Program-made: the position numbers and the translations under genes
Part shown: positions 49,359 to 61,318 of the stretch, piece by piece
Position numbering within the stretch: the first letter of the stretch is position 1
Layout: every line of letters begins with the position of its first letter
NCBI GenBank assembly: GCA_010909165.1
Contig: MU008160.1
Location: 1,426,001-1,490,000 of the forward strand
Length of the DNA stretch: 64,000 nt
Source: Anthoceros angustus
Taxonomy: Eukaryota > Plantae > Anthocerotophyta
Direction of reading: 5' to 3'
The notes under the pieces: generated by a model
Told to the model about the DNA's origin: nothing
The model's input: the letters and a program-made list of their open reading frames with translations, nothing else
Databases searched by the model: none

Positions 49359-50752
49359 CGTGGTTGGTCGGGTACATGGTTTTGGGTACACTTGGGTTGG
49401 TGAACCTCTGGATCTGTATGTATCTTCCACCGGACCCTCTTCCTCCTCTTCCTCATATCCCGGGTGTACCCTTGTCGTCGGACAATTAGCTTTGGAGTGT
49501 CCCTGCCCACACGTTGAAGAGGTTGGCTCGTGGGTTCGTGACTCTCGCCTCTCATGTTCCTTGACCGCATTAAGATGGAATTTCTCGAATTTTGCCATCA
49601 TCTCCTCCATCTTGTTCCCTGTTGTTCTACTTTCTTGCTACCTCGGCCTCCCTCCTCCTTTGTTCGCGTCCTTTTTGCGTACATCGCCTCTGTTTTGCCC
49701 TTGACTCCTTGTTGTCCGTGCGACCCTTCATTTCTTTTTCCATTTGGCGCTCCTCATCGATGGCGCTTCCTCCAGGCATCACTCGTTTCCTCCTCAGGAA
49801 CTTTACATGGAATCTTACATGGAGCTCTCTTCACTGATGAACTTTCTTAGGAGGATGAGGATCCTTCTTTTTTCGATCCACAGGCTTCTTCTTCTCCTTC
49901 TTAGCCTTCCTCCTCCCTTGGGTTGGATTCCTCATAGTTTAGCGCCGCCTTGATAGCCTTGCCCAAATTCTTCTCCGCTTGTAACCTTCGTGTCTCCCCA
50001 TCTTAGAACCCAGGGCCTTTAGCGAACCACCGTGTGCACCGCAACTCAGTGAGGCCACTTGATCGCGTGGTGAACCTCTCCACATCGCAAGGTTTCCTTC
50101 TTTCCTCTCTGCGGTTTTCAAGCTTGGACAACACGTATCCCTCCACGTCAAGCCCACAGACCTCTCACAGGCGGTTTTAACTCTTCATAGGTTCTTTGGA
50201 GGTGTGGTGACTTGAGGTATTCGCCTATACCACTTATTGGACCCCGAAGAACTCCATAGAACAATGAATCTGTTGTGCATCTCCGCTTCTGGTTTGCAAA
50301 TGTCGGTGCTCAAAACGCTCAACAAATTCATCGGTCTTCATACCCCTTCCCTCTCCATACTGAGGTAAGGTTGCTTGGTGGTGACCACCACCGGCGTGGT
50401 GGTCATGACTATCGTTCTTGATTCGGTGGTTGGTCCAACAACGGTTCTGCGGAGTCGATTGATCTCAGCAGTGCACACTTTTGGAAGAGAGGTCGGTGGA
50501 TGGAATTGGTCCGAGGTTCCTTGGCGGTGGTACCTCGTCCAAGTCCGAGGTTGGGGATCTTGCTCCAACAAGATCGGACCCCGTCCACAGTTGCTTCCTT
50601 ACCCTTCTCCTTCCAGCGTGTGTCTTGGTGGATCCTCCTCAACTCGCGGTTTGCAACCCTTTTCAACCTTTCCGATTGCTTGGCGTTGTCGCTTCTCGTG
50701 TGGCCTTCCGTCCGACTTGACTCTGAACCCTCGACTCAACCGTGGCATCCAT
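49359..50752 (-). pseudogene. Element A gag (5' part), frameshifted; second truncated copy at 33051-34306
   Basis: MDATVESRV... to MEEMMAKFEKFHLN..CSTCGQGHSKANCP zinc knuckle, directly downstream of the PBS. Confidence 0.7.
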
Positions 50753-50840
50753 CTACCTAACTAGATACACTCCAAAACTAGACACCTAAGCTATGGTTAG
50801 TCCCCTATAACCTTGAGTTTCATTCCCGACAGCGCCAAAA

Positions 50841-53800
50841 TGTGGAATGGGTTTTGCATCCGAAGGCGCAAAGAGGCCACATTTACCCTCTATGTCGTTA
50901 TAGTCCTAGGATTCGATCCCAAGGGAATGGTGTTGTGTCAAGGTGTGCTAAATCTATGGATTCTAGACCTACCCGTCGCTCACTACCCACCTTCTCCGGC
51001 TACTGCCCAAACCCACCAGTGGTAGACTCGGCCACCGCGGTGGCAGTTCGCCTGGCGGGTCCCTCCACCTTGTGAGTCTATTGTCGTCACCGCTTCTCTA
51101 ACACGGACCTAGGGGCTATGGGCATACGGATACCTATATCGCCTCACCTTACGGAATTCTGCGATTCCACACCACTCCCCTCGCGTTTCGATTTTCCCTC
51201 ACACGCTCTCACAATCCCTCCCCGCACAACTACCCCTCGAACCTTTCCCCTTCCCAATGAACTCTCCCTCGTCTCACGGGCCACACGGACCCCTCCCTTG
51301 GGCCACGGACCCCTCCTTGGGCCACAGGACCCCTCTCTCATGGAATGAACACACAGTGGCGGCGGTTGGAAGAGGATCGGAAGAAAACCCCGTGCTTGGG
51401 CGATTCGCCTTCCGGCGGTTCGCCTCGGCCGTCGCGGCAATCCTACCTCTTTTCGTGGCGCGGCACCTTCCGTTACCCAGGCGTGGAGCTTGGCCACTCC
51501 GCTCTCGACCATCCGAGATCTTCCGGCCTTCTTGTGACGAAGGCGGTGCGCGAACCGTTTGATCTTGACGGGCGTCTCCAATCAACCCCACTCGGCGGTT
51601 CGATACGGAAGTTCACACGAAATCGTCCTTTGAGAGACACCCAAAGGGTCTCTTATACATCCGGGTGGTCCAACACTCACTTCTCTTTAGTGTCTAAAAT
51701 TGTAGCTCCTACCACGGCGCCTTACCAATCTAAGCAACACGGCTCTGGTGATGGAACTCCCTATCCTCCTGAAAAAAACCCGGTCCTAGGCTATCGCGAC
51801 TCCCTAAAATCAGCTGCCGCCTCGCGATTCTTTGCCTCGCCCTCGGCCCATGGGGACCCCTCTCGCTCTTGACCTCGCCTCGATCCAGCGATTTTCCCCA
51901 CAACCTCCACCTCACTCTCCTGCTGAGTTTCCCTCGCGCCTTCGCGAGTCTATCGGCTTCTCTAACACGGACCTAGGGGCTATGGGACACCTATATCGCC
52001 TCACCTTACGAATTTGCGATTCCACCACGCTTCCACTCCCCTCGCGTTTCCGATTTTCCCTCACACGCTCTCACAATCCCTCGGCACAACTACCCCTCGA
52101 ACCTTTCCCCTTCCAATGAACTCTCCCTCGTCTCACGGGCCACAGACCCCTTTTCCCCTTGGGCCACACAGACCCCTCCTTGGGCCACAGACCCCTCTCA
52201 TGGAATGAACACACACAGTGGCGGCGGTTGGAAGAGGATCGGGAAAACCCGGTCGGTGCTTGGGCGATTCGCCTTCGGCGGTTCCGCCTCGGTGTCGCGG
52301 CAATCCTACCTCTTTTCGTGGCCGCTACCTTCCGTTACCCGGGCGTGGAGCTTGGCCACTCCGCTCTCGACCATCCGAGATCTTCCGGCCTTCTTGTGAC
52401 GAGGCGGTCGCGAACCGTTTGATCTTGACGGGCGTCTCCAATCAACCCCTCGGATTCGATACGGAAGTTCACACGAAATCGCCTTGAGAGACACCCAAAG
52501 GGTCTCTTATACATCTGGCGTGGTCCAACACGGCTCACTTCTCTTTAGTGTCTAAAATTGTAGCTCCTACCACGGCCTTACCAATCTAAGCAACAGACTC
52601 TATGGAACTCCCTATCCCTCGAAAAACCCGGTCCTAGGCTATCGCGACTCCCTAAAATCAGCTGCCGCCTCCGATTCTTTGCCTCGCCCTCGGCCCATGG
52701 GGACCCCTCTCGCTCTTGACCTCGCCTCGAGCGATTTTCCCCACAACCTCCACCTCACTCTCCTTTGCAATTTCCCTCGCGCCTTCCAGCGGACGTTGCG
52801 CTGTGACCTCTATGTCCATTGTCCGCTCCTCCTCATTTGGACAACCATCGTGCTCCTCCCTCCATGCTCGGCCGCCTCGCTCATCTCTTCCGGCACCACT
52901 TGCGGAGGATAGGCGCCCGCTCCTACTCGAAGGAACCAGTAGCGCTGTGGCGGTCAAGATGTCTGACCGGTGGTTTACGCCCCTCCTGTCCCAACAACCA
53001 CATACACGTTTAGAGTGAGCACCGCTCACCATGCGGCGAAGCGAGGACATGAGCATCCTCATCCGGGCCCCGTAGCACAATACGCCGATCTGAGGTCCTT
53101 ACCCTCTCCTCCGTGGACAATCCTGGGCGTGCCGTTGATTCTCGGGGATCATCCCTCCATCTGCGACACTCCTGGGTGACTTCCCCACCTCGGTTCCCGT
53201 TCCACGGTGGCTGGTTTAGCCACCGTGGTGGTTGCTTGCTCTGCGGTGGGCTGTTGCTCGGCCTTTCTTGGTTTGGCCACCTCTCTCTTGACTCGGCCCT
53301 AGCCCGTCTCTTTCCGCTTGTACCTCTCCATGACTTCTTGAATTTCTCCAAGGCGCCATCGCTTCCACCTGCTCTGGACTCGCGAGACCTCATCTTGAAG
53401 CTCTTCAATTGTAGCATCGCCCCTTGACTGATTTACTAAAGCTTCTGCTGAGTGGACATGTCCCTTAAGCTCCTGTGCCTTGCATAAGGCCGCCGCACTC
53501 CGTCTGCGCTCCTCGGCCGCCTTGCTCTCGCCTTCGGGCTTCCAACTTCTCCTTGAGCAACTTCTCCTGTTGGCCTTGTCGGCCAGTGAGAGCCATGGGC
53601 GCTTGATCGAGGAGATCCGCTGCGTCATGCCATGGCCAAGTCAAACCACCAAATCCCCAAATTGGGCTGTCCCTTGCCCATCCGCCTCCACAACAATTCT
53701 CGTGTCTGCGGCGGTCTCCTATCCCCACCTCGTAGGACGGTTCGGTGAAATGTCGCCAAAAATGTCCGGAGCTCGTTGCGGTCTCGGCTGAAGTTAACCC

Positions 53801-55404
53801 CTCCTCTCCTAGGGGTTGGTGCCGCCTTGCCTCTTCCCGCTTCATTCTCCCCTAGCGGCGATTCATCCCTGCACTGGAGGAGCAACTTGCCATTTCCCTT
53901 TATTTTCTCCTCCTTTACCCACGTTCCTGCTGCCGTCTTGACTGGTGACCACAGGTGTGTGTGGGTTCCTCCTCTGCTGCTGTCCTCCCTTTTCCCATTC
54001 GGCCGTGCCGCCCTTCTTCTTACCCTTGAAACTTCCCCACCCTCTTAGAACCTTCGAGGCGCACTCCCAGCTCTGGAATCCTTGCCCGAATCCTCCTTCA
54101 ATTCCTCCTCTTCTACCTTGGGTTCCCGACCGGCTTCCAACCATGCGGGCGGACCGACTTCAACTCGTTAAACACCGGAATGCAAATACATGAATCGGAA
54201 AAGGCGAAATCAAGGAGGGCCGAGGGAAGGAGAGTAAATTCGCCTTCTCCTCACAGGCTCTTTCGAAAATCATCCTCCCCAATCAATTTGTGTACCCTTG
54301 ACCACCTCGTGAAGAAAAACCAAGAAGTGATCCGCCATATGATCCGACTTAGGTTACAGGAAACACAAAATCCATTTGGCCAATCCCACCGGTGAGACAC
54401 GAGTTGGCGAGTCACCATTGTTCACTCTCACTTCCCGAGGCTTCATGGCCGGCTGCTTTCAAGGTCTTCTTTATTTGGGGTCAATCACCAAGCTCCCATC
54501 CTCGATGCTTCTCGCCCTTCACCTTTGCTCGAAGAGGGCCAAATCCAGATTCTGCGGCCTTTTCCTCGCGTCACCCTCTTGCGACTTGGTCCTTAATTGC
54601 GGGCGCACTCTTGCACCAATGCAGGTATCGTAGCACCATTTCTTCTCCATGAACTTGACCCGGCTCACACGGTGCCGCTCTCACTTTCCATGGTCCATGT
54701 TGGGCCCTGCGTGAGTGAGATTTCGGCGCGGCTCGGGCGCCATCTCCTTCTCGTTGTTTCCCAAAACAAAACCTCGACTACCCTGCAGATTCTGGTCAGA
54801 AGAGAAAAAAAATCAGAGAGCCGCCCTCGCGCGCTCCTTCCACGCCTCCGCGCGAACTTGCCGGCGCCCGATTTCTCTCTTCCGCCGCCGCCGCTCTGTC
54901 CTGATCGTCGCGCGCCCTTCCTCCTGCAGGCGAGGCGGTGATTTGGCTGGCGTCGTGATGCCGCGCCCCTCTTCTGCGGCTCCGCCCCTCACGGAAAGTC
55001 GCGACCTCGCTGATCTTGGGTGTGCCCTTCTCCCGATTCGCTCCGGTGGTAGTCCCGCTCCGCCACTAGGGTTGTAAATTCCCCACAGTGCATGCGTCCG
55101 TTTCTGCCACCGTGGTGGAACTAGCCACCACCCACTTGACTACACAAGCGTGGCATATTGTGAGCATCCCTAGCATATATAGACACCTTTTATTCTAAAA
55201 TTCCCAATACCCAAGGACTCTATTTCTACCCCACCCTCGGGTCAAACCTAAGGGTCGAAAAATTATTATTATCTCCAAGGGCCAAGGACCATTCCGTATA
55301 AAAGACGACTCGACGATTCTCAAAGCACTGCTATTCTAACACATCAAAACAAAAAAATTGTTCACGACACTTGAGGCGGGGTTAGTGCACATGTGGTCTT
55401 CCAC
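50841..55404 (-). repeat. Element A 5' LTR, containing a long ORF
   Basis: Similarity to 35279-40043 stops exactly at TTCCAC (55404), where Z sequence resumes. ORF starts at 54743. An ~850-bp internal duplication lies at ~51100-52760. Confidence 0.8.
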
Positions 55405-58400
55405 GGTGGCTCCTATGTTTCCTGACAAGAAGCGGGATTATTTGTCGACCACTTGCTGTTCCTTCATGAAGTGGTCAAGGCGAAGATCGATTGAGGCGAA
55501 TTCTCTTGACAAGTTGTGTGAAGAGAGGTTGAACTTGATTTCCTCGCCTCGGCCCTCTCTAATCTCACCATTTACGGTCCATCTTTATGTTTACGCTAGC
55601 GCACGCGGAGGTGGAGATTGTAGCCTCCCTCCACATGTGGAAGCCGGTTAGGGAGGTGAAGTGGGCGGAGGAGCCCAGGAGGAAAAATCGGATAGGCGGG
55701 AGTCGGTGGCGGCAGGCGGTTCGGAGGAAGAAGGAAATTCCCACCGGCAAAGGAGGAAAAATCGGATAGGCGGGAGTCGGTGGCGGCAGGCGGAGGAGGA
55801 GAAGGAAATTCCCACCAAGAAAAAGAGGAAGACCGGGGTGAAAGGCGGGCATCGTGAAAAGGTGAAAGGCGGATCGCGTCACCAGTCAGCAGGCGCTCTG
55901 AAATGAAGCCAAGCGGCGGTTGGAGGTGGCGAAGAGGAGGCGCGATCCGAGGACAATTTCTTGACACGGATGCGAGATGATGAATCAACTCCGGAGGGTT
56001 TAGGGCGACCTCGAGCGGACCCCCTCGGCATGGGAAGAGATTTTCAAGGACTCCAGCAGAGGTGGATGCAAGATTGGTGAGGTGCGCACCTTGGGAGGAA
56101 AGTTCTCGACGGAGGATGGCGTCGGCGGGGCCGCCACAACAAGTGGACTTGCGGGCTGACCACGTCGATGATCCGGGCCAGCGGTTGTTGGATCAAGCGG
56201 CTTTAGCTCTCACGGCTCGGTGTGCGGGCGGCGGAGGAAGTGGTGAAGGCGGGGTTGTGAAGGAGGCCAAGCGCAAGCAGGGAGGAAGACAAGCGGAACC
56301 TAGAAATAAGGGCCAAGATTCAAGAAGATTTGTGCGGGGCCGGGAGAAGTTGCAAGCCATGGCGAGCCGGGAAGCACTCATGGCTCAAATTAAGGATGCC
56401 CAGGCGAACCGGAGATGCGGGGAGTTGTTGCGAGCCGAGGCGAGGCGGCCTCGGTGGAAAAGGCCCATAAGCTAGCGGAGGCGATATAAGCGGAGGCGGG
56501 ATGAGGCACGTGGCGGGCGAGAAAAGACAAAGGAAGGGGCGGGGTGGCAGGACCACGGCGGAGTAGCGGAAGGAACTACCGCGGAAGGGGCGACGAGGTG
56601 GCGAAACCTCACCTACCAAGGTTCTTTGAGCGAGCAACAGTCGTGGAGTCCACTACATGCGGTAGTCGAAACCGCTACCGACATTGGCGCATCAAGCAGG
56701 CGGCGGCGGCGGGATGCGGCGTGGCGCCTCGCGAGACATGGGCGAGCAACGGTGTAGCCTACGGGAGGAGGGTAAGCACCTCAGTGCAGGGGTCCTATTA
56801 TATTCGGCACATGGATGAGAAACTTATGTTCTGGTCTATATGTGAATGGAGGCAGCGTGCTTAACTTCCATCCATGTGCGTGTGGAAATAGGAGGATCGG
56901 GGCCTACCTCGCAAGTGAGGACCCAGTGCATACTTCTACCCTGCGCCCGGTGTGGGGTTGGCCCCTATTATCGGAGGCGACTTTGGAGGAGTTGAGCGAG
57001 GAGGAGGTCGAGCTTGGGTGGGCGAGGCCGTAATAATCCTCGGCAATAGGCGGCCGTGGAAGATCACGGAAGCTCCAGGCGGTACACCTCAAATTGAGGC
57101 GTCCAGCGGTGGCGGTGAGGTGGAAGTAGTGTGGGAAAACACATCCGACCAGCGTGGCGGGAGGCTCGTGGCGGCGGCAATGGAGGATGTGGGCGGACGC
57201 CAAGTCGAGGTAGGCGCGCGGATAAGCGTGGCGGTGAGGTGATAGCATCCTAAAGATAATTTGGTTAGGATCTTGCTGGACCTAGGATCGCTCCGAATTG
57301 TGGGCGCGTCCCTTCGTGATAGCCATCTTAGGACCTAAAATCCGGGCATGGTGCCCGGCCGATGTATAAGAGGGGCGACTAGGTCCCTCACGGATAACTC
57401 TGGTTGAGATCCCCACGTTGCACATGTGGCTGGTTGGAGACGTCCGATTAGCGAGGTGGTAGCAACCTAAAGATAATTTGGTTAGGATCTTGCTGGACCT
57501 AGGATCGCTCCGAATTGTGGGCGCGTCCCTTCGTGATAGCCATCTTAGGACCTAAAATCCGGGCATGGTGCCCCGATGTATAAGAGGGGCGAATTAGGTC
57601 CCTCACGATATAACTCTGGTTGAGATCCCCACGTTGCTGTGGCTGGTTGGAGACGTCCGATTAGAGGTGGTGTCGCGAGGCGCTCCTAGGGGTGGTCGAG
57701 CTTGCTCCATGCCCGGGAGGAGGGGTGGAGCAATTTCTTGACAGCGGAGGAGGAAGCCAAGGGATTGGCGCGGGCGGGTCTGGAGCTTGCTCGTGCACTT
57801 GTGGCGGGGGTTCTTCTCTCCTTCACCTTTGATCACGAGTTGTGTTCGAAATCGAGAGTGTGTTGAGTGGATGGTTGGAAGCTGTGGGCGGGGAAGGAGA
57901 GGAGAGAAGAGATCGGGTGAAGGAGAGATCAAATCTTTGTGCGATGCGAGGTGTGAGATCGTAAGTGGGAAGAGAAGGTGGCGAGTGGAGGCGTTAACGG
58001 TGGAGGTGTGTGTGTGATTTGAGAAACTCGAACGGTGCTTGCAGTGGAAAGTGCACAAGGAAACAACGTCTGGTAGAAGAGTGGGGTGGCGCCCTTTGTG
58101 TGTGTGTGTGTGTGAGGAGGCGGGTGAGGTATCCTAGGAACTTTGGTCTCTAGGAAGCAGTCTTGAAGTGTGGAGTGCGAGAATAACACGATCAGTGGCT
58201 GCCGCCCGTGGCGAGGTGGTGATAGCATCCTAAAGATAATTTGGTTAGGATCTTGCGGACCTAGGATCGCTCCGGTGTGGGCGCGTCCCTTCGTGATAGC
58301 CATCTTAGGACCTAAAATCCGGGCATGGTGCCCCGATGTATAAGAGGCGGGGTGGGTCCCTCACGATAACTCTGGTTGAGATCCCCACGTTGCACATGGC

Positions 58401-59315
58401 TGGTTGGAGCGTCCGATTAGAGGTGGTGTCTGCGAGGCGCTCCTAGGGGTGGTCGAGAGCTTGCTCCATGTTGGGGAGGAGGGTGATGGAGCAATCTTGG
58501 CACAAGGAGGAGGAAACCAAGGGATTGGCGCGGGCGGGGTGCGGAGCTTGCTTGCGCTTTTGTGGCCTTGGGGTTCTTCTTTCCTTCACCTTGTCACGAG
58601 TTGTGTTCGAAATCGAGAGAGTGTTGAGTGGATGGTTGGAAGCTGAGGGCGGGGAAGGAGAGGAGAGAAGAGATCGGGTGAAGGAGAGATCAAATCTTTG
58701 TGCGATGCGAGGTGTGAGATCGTAAGTGGGAAGAGAAGGTGGCGAGTGGAGGCGTTAACGGTGGAGGTGTGTGTGTGATTTGAGAAACTCGAACGGTGCT
58801 TGCAGTGGAAAGTGCACAAGGAAACAACGTCTGGTAGAAGAGTGGGGTGGCGCCCTTTGTGTGTGTGTGTGTGTGAGGAGGCGGTGAGGTATCCTAGGAA
58901 CTTTGGTCTCTAGGAAGCAGTCTTGAAGTGTGGAGTGCGAGAATAACACGATCAGTGGCTGCCGCCCGTGGCGAGGGTCATGCGCGCACGGAGATGAGTT
59001 GCTAGGGTTTGGTGTGGGACCCACCTCGGTGGATGTAGCAACTACCCGGTAGTGGCTCCGGAACGGGGGTCGTGGAACGAGATTTGCGGTCAGGAAGTTA
59101 GGTCCGTGGTAGGTTGGATAAGACAGGGGGTAGTCGTAGTTGAGAAGATAGGTGTAAGGAGTAGTAGCGGTCCAGTCCAGGCTTAGGCGAAGGTTGGTAG
59201 TGATAGAAGATAGCGTCTTTTGGCACAAACCATTCCCTTGGGAGCGAATCCGGGACTAGCGACATTGAGGGTAAATGTGGACCTCACGTGCCCCGACACG
59301 GGTCTTCAACCCACA
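55405..59315 (+). mobile_element. LTR unit Z, 3' part (ORF remainder, TATA repeats, LTR-end motif)
   Basis: DHLLFLHEVVKAKID parallels DHFLVFLHEVVKGTQIDWG (A) and DHFLVFLYEVVRGSKIDWA (B). GTATAAGAG at 57364, motif at 59220-59288, end ...CAACCCACA at 59315. Tandem duplications at 57240-58975. Confidence 0.75.
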
Positions 59316-59534
59316 GGTGCTGATCGCCGCGGACGGCCCGGGCGGTCGGGTCCATTGCAACCTGCTAGTCGAACCGGGACCTGGTGTCCGGTGCTCGTCT
59401 TTCACCTCTCCACGGCGTCCTCGAAAAGACACTACAAAGGCGTGTTCCGATCTTGGGAGCACGTCTTAAGGCACCGCCCATTGTCTTTCGGGCGTCTTAA
59501 TATGTGTCTCAAATGACAGTGTTTTGTAGTAGTG

Positions 59535-61063
59535 ATTTTCAGGTGAAGTGTCAAGCTGGAAAGGATAATCGGGTGGCAGATGCCTTGAGTAGGGTGTTGT
59601 TAACGTTTGTTACTAACTCCGGACTGTCAACAGAATGGTTGAATGAAATTAAGCAAGCATTGCAGGTCGATCAAGAGGTGCGGCGGTAGAATGGTTCAGA
59701 CCTGACTTGGAATCAGGGTTTGCTCTTTTGGAATGGGCGAATGTACATTCCTCATCTGCCTCATATTCGACGGGCCATTTTGGTGGAGGCACATACGGTA
59801 CAGTCTGCTGGACATCAAGGTCGGGATAAAACGTTGGATTTGGTTCGTCGACATTATGACTGGCCAGGGGTCGTTCGGGATGTACAGGAGTTTGTTCGTG
59901 CGTGTGATGTTTGCCAACGTGTGAAAATCTCTACGCAGGCATCACCTGGTTTGTTACACCCACTTGCCATACCAACTACGTCTTGGGAATGTATTCATAT
60001 GGATTTTGTAACTGGATTGCCTCGAACAGCGAGGGGGCACATTGCGTTATTAGTATGTGTCGACAGGTTCACTAAGGCAGTTGTCTTGATGCCCACAACG
60101 GATACCTGTTCAGCCCCAATGGCTGCTGAATTATATATAGAATATGTGTACAGGCGGTTTGGGTTGCCGCGTGTAATCATGAGTGATCGAGATCCTCGGT
60201 TTCTATCTCGGTTTTGGACTGAACTTCATTGGGGATTGGGAACTGAGTTGTTGTATTCCACGACATATCATCCACAAACGGATGGCTTAGCAGAAAAAAT
60301 GAATCAAGTTGTGGAGACAACCCTTCGCGCTTATGTCCATACTCGTCAACAGCGGTGGGATCGGCATTTGGCTTTAGTGGAGTTTGCAATTAATAATGCT
60401 AAGCATGCTTCTACTGGACAAGTTTTCTCCCTTTTATTTGCTGTATGGTCGTCATCCACGTACCTTGTTGTGTCCGATGCATACACAATTACATGCTCCT
60501 GCACTCTTGACTTCGGCACAACATGTCGAATTACCGTCGGTAGCGGCTTCATATGGTCGACTCAAAATCGTGAGCGGCGGGTTGATCGTCATCGACGTCC
60601 TGTCCAGTTTCTTCCTCAACAATGGGTTTTATTATCCAGTCGGAATTTACCAATTGCATATGGTGTTCGAAGCTTTCTCACCGATGGGTTGGCCCTTTTC
60701 GTGTTCTTCATTCTATTGGTCCGGTATCTTATCAACTCCAACTTCCTGATACTTGGCGTATTCATCTTGTGTTCCATGTCTCTCTTCTTAAGCCCTACTA
60801 TGGCGACCCCCCGGTTCAACCCGCCTATATTGATTGATGATCATCCTGAATATGAGGTTCAAGAGATTTTGGGTCATCGGCGCCGTCGTGGTCATCTTCA
60901 ATTTTTGGTTTGTTGGACTGGGTATCCTTTGTCGGATGCCACTTGGGAACCTCTTGCTCACCTCACTCATTCTCCTCGTCTTCTTCGACTTTATATCAAT
61001 CAATATCCCGAACTTGGAAGTTTTCTCTTTGAGGGGCGGTTATATGTAGATGGCACGGGTTAG
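59535..61063 (+). pseudogene. Chromovirus pol 3' part: integrase and chromodomain
   Basis: HHCC (EAHTVQSAGHQG..CDVCQR), HMDFVTGLP..SDRDPRF..HPQTDGLAE, and chromodomain EYEVQEILGHR..FLVCWTGYPLSDATWEP. Confidence 0.92.
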
Positions 61064-61308
61064 GATCAGGCACGCATGAGTTGTAACCGATGACGAGGAC
61101 GGGTTAGGATCAGGCACTTAAGAAGGCGCGCATGCCGAAGGATCGAACAAGGTGTGAGTAGGCAGGCATGCTGTAGGGATGTGGGAGAGGTGTAAGTGAA
61201 ACTGTGGTTTAGTTCTAGTTATAGTAGTTACTAAACCTACCAAGTGTTAGGGTATAAAACGATAAGAAATGAAGGGCAAGGGGCCCTCGTGTTTGGGACT
61301 TGCTTGCA
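61045..61308 (+). repeat. Chromovirus 3' LTR (264 bp)
   Basis: Matches the 5' LTR apart from 2 substitutions, a 20-bp and a 1-bp indel, and a different first ~20 nt. Confidence 0.92.
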
Positions 61309-61318
61309 AAAACCAATT

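Larger units (their letters stand above)
33051..55404 (-). mobile_element. Athila/Tat-like Ty3 element A: 5'LTR-PBS-gag-pol-PPT-3'LTR, followed by a second PBS-gag (shared-LTR tandem, truncated)
   Basis: 33051-40043 and 49490-55404 are colinear copies. PBS TGGCGCTGTCGGGA at 50824-50837 and 35262-35275. PPT complement CTCCCTTCTCATTT at 40046-40059. Confidence 0.85.
25813..59534 (+). mobile_element. CACTA (En/Spm) DNA transposon carrying nested LTR elements
   Basis: 13-bp TIRs CACTACTACAAAA (25813) and TTTTGTAGTAGTG (ends 59534), with subterminal TTAAGACG/CGTCTTAA repeats. Removing the element restores the host frame QQF-HF-QVKCQAGKDNRVADALSR. Confidence 0.93.
21777..61308 (+). mobile_element. 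Ty3/gypsy chromovirus, full length, interrupted by a 33.7-kb nested insertion
   Basis: Paired LTRs, PBS TGGTATTAGAGCC (22030-22042), PPT GAGGGGCGG before 61045, near-TSD AAAAT/AAAAC, and gag-PR-RT-RH-INT-chromodomain order. Confidence 0.93.

Noticed and set aside
40078-50752. Bipartite retroelement with gag and pol under separate LTR promoters (A-gag-B-pol-A)
   Set aside because: B has TG...CA ends with a 4/5 TSD, and gag zinc knuckles continue on both sides, so a solo-LTR insertion is simpler. Revisit only if all A copies carry B.
58097-58875. (GT)n tracts
   Set aside because: Simple repeats inside the duplicated part of LTR Z with no independent significance.
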